From Nitrospinaceae bacterium (GTDB lineage Bacteria; Nitrospinota; Nitrospinia; Nitrospinales; VA-1), in assembly GCA_021604505.1 (NCBI GenBank), contig BQJC01000003.1:470439-534438 (forward strand): a stretch of 64,000 nucleotides of DNA. The letters run 5' to 3'. The position numbers were made by a program, and so were the translations under genes. Below the pieces are notes generated by a model. It did not search any database, was not told where the DNA came from, and worked only from the letters and a program-made list of their open reading frames with translations. Shown here piece by piece: positions 56,433-64,000 of this stretch; within the stretch, counting starts at the first letter, position 1; each line of letters starts with the position of its first letter.

Positions 56433-56930
56433 TCATGATATATTCTTAAATTTTTCTGTGAAAATTTCATTCTTATACATAGATTCATATTTTATTTCTA
56501 CATTAAAGGATTTAAGAAATTTGGTTAAAATTTCTGTATTTTCATTGGTTTTGTTTTTCTCATCAATTTTGACCAACCAAATTTCATCATTAACTCCAAT
56601 TCCAATTCCTGGGTCGATAATTGCCCAAACTATGTGATTCGTAGCAGATCCTAACTGTTCCAAAAAAAAATTTAATACATTGCCCTTTCCCTCCACAATC
56701 TGATCTTTCCATATGATTTTATAATTTTTTATCATGGCGGGGCCAATTCCAGTATTTACTATAAAAACCCCCATTGGTCTGTTTAAAAGATTCCCGGGGT
56801 AAGAATGAAATGTGATGTGGGGTTTTACTGATAAACGGTAATGTTCCCGAGACATTTCAATTTGATAATAAGTAAAATAAAGGGCCGCCACAGATATTAT
56901 TGTAGCCATTATTCCCATTGCTATTTCCAT
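56433..56930 (-). CDS. orphan membrane-anchored protein in an AT-rich islet, unknown function
   Basis: 165-aa ORF with an N-terminal TM helix (GIMATIISVAALYFTYY). It is rich in Asn, Lys and Ile. Local G+C is far below that of the flanking genes. Confidence 0.5.
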   Translation of the reverse strand: MEIAMGIMATIISVAALYFTYYQIEMSREHYRLSVKPHITFHSYPGNLLNRPMGVFIVNTGIGPAMIKNYKIIWKDQIVEGKGNVLNFFLEQLGSATNHIVWAIIDPGIGIGVNDEIWLVKIDEKNKTNENTEILTKFLKSFNVEIKYESMYKNEIFTEKFKNIS

Positions 56931-57061
56931 TTAACCCTCCTAAATATTGGATATAACAATTCCTTTTGCCAATACGTTACCCCAATGCGTTGATCTCACC
57001 AAAATAAATTATTTCAAATAAACTTTTTATGTGGTCGATTTTAAAGAATTCACAATCCGCT

Positions 57062-57138
57062 AAAAATCCCCCTAACCCCCTTTACAAAGGGGGGATAATA
57101 AGGCTCCCCCTTCCATGAAGGGGGCAGGGGGGATTTTG
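57062..57138. repeat. pair of ~33-nt G5/C5 hairpin repeat modules (REP-like), converging arrangement
   Basis: AAAAATCCCCCTAACCCCCTTTACAAAGGGGGG-ataataag-GCTCCCCCTTCCATGAAGGGGGCAGGGGGGATTTTG. The outer arms AAAATCCCCC and GGGGGATTTT are inverted. The modules match those at 38456-38575 in reverse complement. Confidence 0.8.
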
Positions 57139-57202
57139 TAAAGATACCAATCGGACAAGATACTAAAGAGTAACAGCAGAAAAAGATTACTACTACAGAA
57201 CC

Positions 57203-58975
57203 TTAATTTTTTGGCAGGTGAATGGAGAACGTGCTTCCCTTGCCGACGGTGCTGTCGGCTTTGACGGAACCTTTATGAACCTGGGCGATGTGCTTGACGA
57301 TGGCGAGCCCCAGCCCGGTCCCTCCAAGATCGCGGCTTCGGGCCTGGTCGACCCGGTAAAACCGTTCGAACAGGCGCGGCAGATGGTCTTTTTCGATCCC
57401 GCAACCCTGATCCCGCACCCGGATCACCGTCTCGCCGTTTTCCTGCTCACCGGCAACTTCCACCCGTTTTTCCGGCCCGCTGTATTTGACGGCGTTGTCC
57501 ACCAGATTGACCACCGCCTGTTCGATGAGTTGGGCGTTCATTTTCGCCTCAATGCCTTCATCGCAGATCAAATCGATGGTCGTGTTCTGCTGGACCGCGC
57601 GGCGGGAACACGCTTGAATGGCCGATTGCAAGATGCCTTTCAACCCCACGTCTTCCATTTGAATGGCAAAATGATCCGGGTCCTGCTCCAGCTTGGAGAG
57701 ACTGAGAAGATCGTCGATGATGGCATTCAAACGGTCGACCTGGCGGCCAATGATTTCCAGAAACCTGAGGGCGTCTTTTTGATTATTGATCGCCCCTTTC
57801 ATGAGGGTTTCCACAAATCCCTTGATCGAAGTGATAGGCGTCTTGATTTCATGAGAAACGTTGGCGACAAAATCGCGGCGCATGCTTTCCAACCGTTTGA
57901 GGCGGGTCACATCGTTCAACACAATAAGCGCTCCGATTCGATTGTCGCTGGCATCCTTTAAAGCCGTGCCACGCGCCTGCAGATTGCGCTCTTCAGCGCC
58001 CTGCAAAACAAAATCCGTTTCCACCACGCTGGGGGTGGTCAGAGCCTTTTTCACAAACTGTTGCAGGTCGTTATTTCTGACCACTTCGTGAACACTTTTC
58101 CGCTTGGATTTCTCTGCATCGACACCGATCAATTGCGCCGCCGCCTGATTCATGCTGATGAATCGCTCCGCCATATCGACCGCAAAAACACCTTCGACCA
58201 TACTGAAAAGCACCGCCTCGCGCTCGTTCCGCTCTTCGGTCACGCGGCGAATGCGGTAGTCCAGTTGCCGGGCCATTTGATTGAGAGCCTCTGCCAGTCC
58301 TGCGGTTTCCAGCGAACCGGTTTCGGGAATCTGGCTGGGAGCGCCTCCTGAAGCAAATTCCTCCGCCGACCGTTTCATCACCTCCAGCGGCCTGCTGATG
58401 CGTTTGGAAACCACCAGGCTGATGACCGCCGTGAACAGGACCACGGCCAACCCGCCCCAGACAATCTTGACTTCAATCGATTTGAGAGCGGTGTCTATGA
58501 AAGTGATTGGCAGGGAGGTCCGCACCACTCCCAGTATTTCTCCGTTCCGCCGAACCGGGATGGCCAGATACATCATTTTGTTCTGCAATGTGTTGCTGAA
58601 ACGGGCCGACATACCACGGTTGCCGGAAAATGCTTCTTTAATTTCCGGACGGTCCGCATGGTTGTCCATCCGCGCCGGGTCCTCGTGGGAGTCACCGAGA
58701 ATTCTGCCAGACGGCAAAACGAGGGTCACTCGCATGGAAGCGCTCTCACCGATTTCCTTGCTCAAAGAATCGAGAGACTGTGAGTTTTGATCGGAGAATT
58801 TGTCCGCCACCAAACGTTCCACCAATCGGGCGCGGACCTCCAGGTCAATTGCAGTGCGGTCGTAATAGAATTCCTGCAGAGAACTGAGCGCATACCACCC
58901 GACCGCCATTAAAGCCGTCAGGGTGATCAATAAATAGGTCGGGTAAAGTTGCCATAAAAGCCGTTTTCTGGCCAT
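57203..58975 (-). CDS. phoR: phosphate regulon sensor histidine kinase PhoR
   Basis: 590 aa. It has two TM helices flanking a periplasmic domain, then HAMP and PAS regions. The H-box is FVANVSHEIKTPITSIKG and the N-box is DNAVKYS. The G-boxes are DQGCGI and GGTGLGLAIVKHI. It is adjacent to phoB. Confidence 0.85.
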   Translation of the reverse strand: MARKRLLWQLYPTYLLITLTALMAVGWYALSSLQEFYYDRTAIDLEVRARLVERLVADKFSDQNSQSLDSLSKEIGESASMRVTLVLPSGRILGDSHEDPARMDNHADRPEIKEAFSGNRGMSARFSNTLQNKMMYLAIPVRRNGEILGVVRTSLPITFIDTALKSIEVKIVWGGLAVVLFTAVISLVVSKRISRPLEVMKRSAEEFASGGAPSQIPETGSLETAGLAEALNQMARQLDYRIRRVTEERNEREAVLFSMVEGVFAVDMAERFISMNQAAAQLIGVDAEKSKRKSVHEVVRNNDLQQFVKKALTTPSVVETDFVLQGAEERNLQARGTALKDASDNRIGALIVLNDVTRLKRLESMRRDFVANVSHEIKTPITSIKGFVETLMKGAINNQKDALRFLEIIGRQVDRLNAIIDDLLSLSKLEQDPDHFAIQMEDVGLKGILQSAIQACSRRAVQQNTTIDLICDEGIEAKMNAQLIEQAVVNLVDNAVKYSGPEKRVEVAGEQENGETVIRVRDQGCGIEKDHLPRLFERFYRVDQARSRDLGGTGLGLAIVKHIAQVHKGSVKADSTVGKGSTFSIHLPKN

Positions 58976-58977
58976 GG

Positions 58978-59664
58978 CTATTCCTTAAACCTGTAACCCA
59001 CTCCACGCACGGTTTCGATGCGTCCCGCCGCGGAGGCCAGTTTTTTGCGCAGACCGACAATTTGAAAATCGACCGAACGCTCGGTGACCGCATAATCATC
59101 GCCCCTGACGGCTTCCACGATCTGGTAACGGGTGAATACCCAGCCCGGACGGCCCGCAAGGAATTTGAGAATACTGAATTCGGTGAAGGTCAGGGAAATG
59201 GGTTTTCCCTCCACCAGCACTTCATGGCGGCCGGGATGAATTTCCAGTTCCGGAAATCGCAAAACCTCTTCCTCCGGAGGAGGACCGGTTTTGCTTCTCC
59301 TGAGAACCGCGCGCACGCGGGTCACAAACACTTTCACATTGAAAGGTTTGGTCACGTAGTCATCCGCGCCGAGTTCCAGCCCGGCCACGATGTCCGATTC
59401 ATCCCCCTTGGCGGTCAACATAATGATGGGGATATGCGCCGTCTCGGAATCCTGCTTCATCCTTCTACAGACTTCCAACCCATCCACTCCGGGAAGCATC
59501 AAATCGAGCACCATCAGATCGGGGAGCCTGGACCGGGCGGCCTTCAAGGCGTCTTCTCCGGAACCCACGCAAGTCACGACGAACGATTCGCCGGCAAGAT
59601 TGTAGCGGACCAGCTCTTGAATGTCTTTTTCGTCCTCGACGACCAGAATGTTTTCTTTAGACAT
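58978..59664 (-). CDS. phoB: phosphate regulon response regulator PhoB (OmpR family)
   Basis: 228 aa. It has a REC domain (DLMVLDLMLPGVDG, TAKGDE) and a winged helix (LTFTEFSILKFL...TVRGVGYRF). Confidence 0.85.
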   Translation of the reverse strand: MSKENILVVEDEKDIQELVRYNLAGESFVVTCVGSGEDALKAARSRLPDLMVLDLMLPGVDGLEVCRRMKQDSETAHIPIIMLTAKGDESDIVAGLELGADDYVTKPFNVKVFVTRVRAVLRRSKTGPPPEEEVLRFPELEIHPGRHEVLVEGKPISLTFTEFSILKFLAGRPGWVFTRYQIVEAVRGDDYAVTERSVDFQIVGLRKKLASAAGRIETVRGVGYRFKE

Positions 59665-59734
59665 GGCCAGTTTTTTTACCCGTTGATTTTATGAATGCGT
59701 TTCAGGGCCTCAATACCTCTATCAGACTGTGTTC

Positions 59735-59774
59735 CGGTGAGAATCGTGTTAGCGCTGAATGAGGTTAATATGAG
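59735..59774 (-). promoter_or_regulatory. Pho-box-like array upstream of phoB
   Basis: The minus strand reads CTCATAT-taac-CTCATTC-agcg-CTAACAC-gatt-CTCACCG. These are four 7-mers with 4-nt spacers, 71-110 nt upstream of the phoB ATG. Confidence 0.6.
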
Positions 59775-59906
59775 ATCTGCATTTTTACAGTCGCAACCAT
59801 TATAGGATGAAAACCCGTTTAAAATCATTCAAGGTCTAAAGTTTCAACCATTTTAGCCGATCCGAAGATCAGGGATTTTTTCATTTTTGCAAATTCCGCC
59901 GCTGAT

Positions 59907-60743
59907 ATGAAAATAGAAACCATCCAAATCCAAAGGATTCTCCAAACCGGCGGCGGCAAACCCTGCAAAGAGTGCGAAGAGGAAGAAGCGCAAAAAAAGC
60001 AGTTGGAACAGGATCTGGCGGACGAAGACCGGGTCTCACTATCGGGCGGCTCGCCGCTTGCGGATAGAATCGCTTCCGGGCTCGCCAATGGCGGATTAAG
60101 CAATGAAGGTGAGGAGGAAAATAACGGAACGGAAAACAAAGCGGCTCCCCGCAGCGAAGCGGACCTTTCCCAGGAAGAAAGACAGGTTCTGACCGAACTC
60201 AAGACCCGCGACCGCGAAGTCCGGGCCCATGAACAGGCGCATCTGGCCGCCGCCGGCCCTTACGCAAAAGGCCCGCCGTCTTTCGAATATCAAACCGGTC
60301 CCGACGGCAAACGCTATGCCGTCGGCGGAGAGGTTCAGATCGACACCTCGAAAGTCTCCGGAAATCCCCAGGCCACCCTCGTCAAAGCGCAGACCATCAA
60401 GCGCGCAGCCACCGCGCCCGCGAACCCGTCCGCACAGGACCGCCAGGTCGCCGCTCAGGCATCCCGAATGGAAGCCGAAGCCCGGCAGGAAATTAAAGAA
60501 GAGCGAACCGAGAAACAGGAAGAAGCAAGAGGATCCCAATCTACAACTTCGACGTCCGGCCCTTTTTCCACCGACGCCATAAAAGAGGTCCAACAAACAG
60601 CCGAAACTTCGCAATCCACCGGGGAGGTCTCTTCAAAGTCGAAAGCAGACGACGATGCCGGAGTCCGTTCCCGGTTTCAGAAAAACCTGCAACAGTTTTC
60701 TTCACCTGCAGAAAAAGGCAATCTGCTCGATGTCGTTTCGTAA
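59907..60743 (+). CDS. SprA-related family protein (putative HExxH metalloprotease-like)
   Basis: 278 aa. The core is LKTRDREVRAHEQAHLAAAGPYAKGPPSFEYQTGPDGKRYAVGGEVQIDTS, which contains HEQAH. Acidic, low-complexity regions flank it. Confidence 0.6.
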   Translation: MKIETIQIQRILQTGGGKPCKECEEEEAQKKQLEQDLADEDRVSLSGGSPLADRIASGLANGGLSNEGEEENNGTENKAAPRSEADLSQEERQVLTELKTRDREVRAHEQAHLAAAGPYAKGPPSFEYQTGPDGKRYAVGGEVQIDTSKVSGNPQATLVKAQTIKRAATAPANPSAQDRQVAAQASRMEAEARQEIKEERTEKQEEARGSQSTTSTSGPFSTDAIKEVQQTAETSQSTGEVSSKSKADDDAGVRSRFQKNLQQFSSPAEKGNLLDVVS

Positions 60744-60789
60744 ATCTTTTCGAGCAAAAGGACTTTTAAATAATGATGAAAACAAAAAA

Positions 60790-60822
60790 GGATTTACGAT
60801 AAAAACCGCAAATCCTTTTTTT
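60790..60822. terminator. possible bidirectional intrinsic terminator
   Basis: GGATTT-(14-nt loop)-AAATCC, followed by TTTTTTT on the plus strand and preceded by AAAAAA (TTTTTT on the minus strand). It sits between the SprA-like gene and the 3' end of tRNA-Asp. The stem is short and weak. Confidence 0.35.
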
Positions 60823-60830
60823 CGATAAAA

Positions 60831-60907
<77 letters not shown>

Positions 60908-61032
60908 GCTATTTTATTCAATGTGAAAACCCATTTTAACTATTTACTGGCCCGCATCAAAATGACGAAAATGCTCGAACTGAAACAAAAAAACGTTTCA
61001 CCTCATGAACACACTCGCTTTCCGCGGAAGAA

Positions 61033-61105
61033 TGGGCGAAACAGGGCTCGAACCTGTGACCCCCGGCTTGTAAGGCCGGTGCTCTCCCAGCTGAGCTATT
61101 CGCCC
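61033..61105 (-). tRNA. tRNA-Val (anticodon TAC)
   Basis: The reverse complement folds by hand as GGGCGAA-TA-GCTC/AGCTGGGA/GAGC-A-CCGGC/CTTACAA/GCCGG-GGGTC-ACAGG/TTCGAGC/CCTGT-TTCGCCC-A. The CCA is not encoded. Confidence 0.95.
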
Positions 61106-61365
61106 GCCATGGAATTTCTCATATTGCAAGGTTTCCAAAAACGTAACCGGAATGCGGGAGTATAGTAACGGGTGATTTTTCTGTCAAGAAAATTCATTGA
61201 ACTGCCGAATTCTCTATGAGTATCGAGCGAAAATGGTTGGATGACATTATAAAGAATTGACACCCATTTTTCACCAATATATGATGCGCTTTTAAGAGAT
61301 TCTTTTCTCGACTCTGCACCATCACAATTCTTTTTTCCGGCTTTATTCCCTCTTTTCCAAGAGCG

Positions 61366-61827
61366 GTGACAACAGACATGAGAAGACAAATTCTATCCTT
61401 TCTGGAAACCTTGACCGTCAAGGACCTTTTAAATTTTAGAAAAGTTTTAAATCAAATCATCGAGAAAAAACTTAAAACCGAATTGGGAAAAAGAAACAGC
61501 CAACGGGCGAGAGTAAAAATACCCGCAACGGCCAATATAGAAAGAGAGGCGGAGTTTTTTCACAAAGAGCATAAAATCACGATTCACGATTTATCCACCA
61601 ACGGTTTGCTCTTCACCACGGAAGCCCCCGTCATCAACAACGATATTTTAGCCGTTACATTTCGTTCTCCCTCCAGCGGGGAACAACGAAGCATCAATTG
61701 TCAGGCAGTTCGCGTTAAAGAAAGCCATCGGCGTTCCCATTGGGAATACGAAGTCGGCGCCAAGGCAGTGGACAAAAAGGCGGTTCGCGCTTATCGAGAA
61801 ATGCTTAAAAATCGCGGTAGATTTTAA
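61366..61827 (+). CDS. PilZ domain protein (c-di-GMP receptor)
   Basis: 153 aa, starting at GTG 61366 or ATG 61378. It has RNSQR (RxxxR) followed by DLSTNG (DxSxxG) in a beta-rich domain. Confidence 0.75.
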   Translation: MTTDMRRQILSFLETLTVKDLLNFRKVLNQIIEKKLKTELGKRNSQRARVKIPATANIEREAEFFHKEHKITIHDLSTNGLLFTTEAPVINNDILAVTFRSPSSGEQRSINCQAVRVKESHRRSHWEYEVGAKAVDKKAVRAYREMLKNRGRF

Positions 61828-61902
61828 ACGGCTTTCTCAATCCATCACCCATTCCGCACAACCCTCTTCGGAGCGGGAATCAGGGTTCTAATATAAAACC
61901 TT

Positions 61903-63309
61903 ATGGCCATTTCGAATATATTTTCTCACCTGATCGAACTGACAGCCAACGTGACCAACGCCTACACAACGGTGTTGTACTCGGCCAACCCGGACAAGAA
62001 AACGTTTCGCCTGAGAGATCATTTTTCCTTGAATCCAAACCTCGTTCCGAAAGAAGAAATCCCGTTTGATCACAGCTCCATCCATAAATCGATCACCAGC
62101 AAAAAACCCGTGGTCATCGATCACTTTGATCCGGAGGCCGCGGAATTTAAAATTTTCAACAAAACCGAAAGCTTAAAGAGCTTCCTTATCGTACCGATCA
62201 TTCATGACTCCGTGGAAGGGGTCTTGGTGACCGCCACAAAAGATGCCTATAGTTTTTCTCCCAAGCTGCAGAAAATTGTCGGCGGATTCGCAGACCAGAT
62301 GGCCTGGCATCTGTTTCAGGAAAAACCATCTCCCAATCAGACGCCAACCATCCGCGAAATGAACGCTTACCTCAGGTTTCTGGCCGAATCCGCCGATCAG
62401 ACTGCGATGACCAAAAGGCTGGTCGAAATTCCCGCGTCTATTCTTGTTTGCGATTCCGTAGCCGTCGTCTGGTTTAGCGGCAATGGCCAGGGGAAAGTTC
62501 AGGAACATAGAGGATTTCAAGAAGACCCGTCGCTTTACACCGTGATTCAGGGAGCCGGCATCATCGGCGCTTGCGCTCAAAGCCGCACGCCCATCATCTC
62601 AAAAGCCTTTGACAATAATTTGATGACCCTGTTTTCCGAAAAAGAAAAAACGGAGCCTTTCAAATCTGTAGCCGCGGTGCCCATCCTGCAAAACAATCGT
62701 GTTCTGGGGGTATTGGTTTGCGCTTCTTTAATGCCCGACGGATTATCTCAACCGGAACTCGACATATTGTCCATGATCGCCGCGGCAGCCGCCACGTCTC
62801 CCGTATTCGCAGAAAGAAAAAGCGCTCCTGGCAGTGATAAAAACCGGGATTCGATCACCGGAGTTTACAACCACCGGTTTTTGATTCACCGCCAACAGGC
62901 AATTTCCGAGAAAATTTTTGATGGCAACCTTCCGGTTTTTTTTCTGACCGTGCAACTGACCAATTTGCCCGCAATTTACGAAACTCACGGTGTGCAACTG
63001 GGCGATGCCCTGCTGCGGGGCATGGTGTCTTTATTCACCAAGAGAATCCCGTCACCAAAAAATATTTTTAAATATTCCGACAACTCGTTTCTGATCATGA
63101 TATTGAAAAGAGACCGCGAGGAAGTGGATTCTCTCGAATCTCATCTCAAAGATATATTCGACAACAAACCTCTCTCGGTCAACGGAACGTCCCTGCGGGT
63201 AAAAACCGAATGGGGTCTTTCATCTTACCCGGATGAGGGGGAAAATCTCCTCGATCTCATCAGCCTTTCTTGGGCTCGAACCTCTCAACAAGTGAAGGTG
63301 ACTCTCTAA
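61903..63309 (+). CDS. GAF-GAF-degenerate GGDEF domain protein
   Basis: 468 aa with two GAF-like halves. The C-terminal domain begins DSITGVYNHRFL. The metal site reads TVQLTN instead of D-x-D, and the signature reads KYSDNSF instead of R-x-GGDEF. Confidence 0.65.
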   Translation: MAISNIFSHLIELTANVTNAYTTVLYSANPDKKTFRLRDHFSLNPNLVPKEEIPFDHSSIHKSITSKKPVVIDHFDPEAAEFKIFNKTESLKSFLIVPIIHDSVEGVLVTATKDAYSFSPKLQKIVGGFADQMAWHLFQEKPSPNQTPTIREMNAYLRFLAESADQTAMTKRLVEIPASILVCDSVAVVWFSGNGQGKVQEHRGFQEDPSLYTVIQGAGIIGACAQSRTPIISKAFDNNLMTLFSEKEKTEPFKSVAAVPILQNNRVLGVLVCASLMPDGLSQPELDILSMIAAAAATSPVFAERKSAPGSDKNRDSITGVYNHRFLIHRQQAISEKIFDGNLPVFFLTVQLTNLPAIYETHGVQLGDALLRGMVSLFTKRIPSPKNIFKYSDNSFLIMILKRDREEVDSLESHLKDIFDNKPLSVNGTSLRVKTEWGLSSYPDEGENLLDLISLSWARTSQQVKVTL

Positions 63310-63320
63310 TGGTAAATTTT

Positions 63321-64000
63321 ATGAGCAAAGTGTTTGGCTGGTTCTCAACCGATTTGGCCATGGACCTGGGAACGGCCAACACCCTGATTTACGCCAAGGG
63401 AAAAGGCATTGTGCTGGATGAACCTTCTATTGTGGCTGTCAACACCCGGGGAGAAGGAGTGGAAGCCGTTGGCTTGAAAGCCAAAGAGATGTACGGCAGA
63501 ACCCATGCCCGGCTGGAAACCATCCGGCCCATGAAAGATGGAGTGATCGCGGACTTCGATATCACGAATACGATGATCAACTATTTCATCAAAAAAGTTT
63601 TAAAAAACCACCGGTTTTTTAAACCGAGGATGGTGGTCGGAATCCCCTCGTGCATCACCCAGGTGGAAAAAAAGGCGGTGATCGACGCTTCCATCATGGC
63701 TGGCGTCCGCGAAGTCCATCTGGTGGAAGAACCCATGGCCGCCGCCATCGGGGTAGGCATACCGGCGCACAAACCTGAAGGCAACATGGTGATCGATATC
63801 GGCGGAGGCACCACCGACGTGGCGGTGGTCTCCCTTTCCGCCATCGCTTATGGAGAATCCGTTCGCTTGGCAGGCGACGAAATCGACGAGGCCATCGTGC
63901 GCTATATGCGGCTCAATCATCACCTGAACATCGGTGTTTTTGAAGGCGAACGTGTAAAAATCGAGGTTGGAAGCGCCTATCCCCTCGTTGAAAAACTGAC
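63321..64000 (+). CDS. mreB: rod shape-determining protein MreB, 5' part (runs off the right edge)
   Basis: Absent from the track because it has no stop in the window. Hand translation gives MSKVFGWFSTDLAMDLGTANTLIYAKGKGIVLDEPSIVAV...IRPMKDGVIADFDITNTMINYFIKKV...GIPSCITQVEKKAVIDASIMAGVREVHLVEEPMAAAIG. Confidence 0.95.
   Translation, partial: MSKVFGWFSTDLAMDLGTANTLIYAKGKGIVLDEPSIVAVNTRGEGVEAVGLKAKEMYGRTHARLETIRPMKDGVIADFDITNTMINYFIKKVLKNHRFFKPRMVVGIPSCITQVEKKAVIDASIMAGVREVHLVEEPMAAAIGVGIPAHKPEGNMVIDIGGGTTDVAVVSLSAIAYGESVRLAGDEIDEAIVRYMRLNHHLNIGVFEGERVKIEVGSAYPLVEKL

Noticed and set aside
63581-63923. Minus-strand ORFs of 87 and 107 aa at the right edge.
   Set aside because: They lie antisense within the unmistakable mreB reading frame.

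Overview
This is a 64-kb chromosomal window from a Gram-negative, flagellated bacterium. The protein content is reminiscent of marine Nitrospinota or deltaproteobacteria-like lineages, but that is a guess I cannot test here. I can support about 55 protein genes and 2 tRNAs. I found no rRNA, CRISPR array, transposase, integrase or phage genes.

Gene order, left to right:
1. An envelope glycosylation cluster: a GT4 fragment plus three GT39/ArnT-like membrane glycosyltransferases.
2. An M20 peptidase.
3. A c-di-GMP block: two tandem HD-GYP paralogs and an overlapping HDOD/GAF-GGDEF pair.
4. A sigma-54 circuit: an AMIN-TPR protein, a PAS histidine kinase and a sigma-54 activator. It sits directly upstream of a flgC-fliFGHIJ-ylxF-like flagellar operon.
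5. DUF502, then an isolated trio of secretin, ExeA-like ATPase (with a SPOR domain) and GspB/MshN-like TPR protein.
6. A KamA-family aminomutase, a glutaredoxin-like protein and an unknown 471-aa protein, in one cassette.
7. A Lon-N domain protein, then a B12-type radical SAM / CDP-alcohol phosphatidyltransferase operon facing a divergent TrpD-like gene.
8. A tesA-ybbA-ybbP-like module, then DUF1566 and a Cys-rich secreted protein.
9. A large oxyanion block: phoU-pstBACS, two porins, modCBA, an AT-rich orphan islet and phoBR.
10. An SprA-related HExxH protein, tRNA-Asp and tRNA-Val, then PilZ, a degenerate GAF-GGDEF protein and the start of mreB.

Regulatory signals read directly from the sequence:
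- Two sigma-54 promoters share the core TGGTAC-N5-TTGCT.
- Three arrays of 11-bp-phased Pho-box-like heptamers (CTMAYNN) lie upstream of pstS, a porin gene and phoB.
- Two tandem ModE-type palindromes lie upstream of modA.
- A ~33-nt G5/C5 hairpin repeat module occurs four times, at two loci.

Candidates for uncharacterised biology, best first:
- The KamA / Grx-like / putative permuted ATP-grasp cassette.
- The orphan secretin assembly trio with a SPOR-bearing ExeA.
- The radical SAM / CDP-alcohol transferase pair.
- An OprO/P-type porin apparently co-transcribed with modABC.
- The AT-rich orphan islet.

All functional calls rest on motifs recognised by eye. No database search was run.
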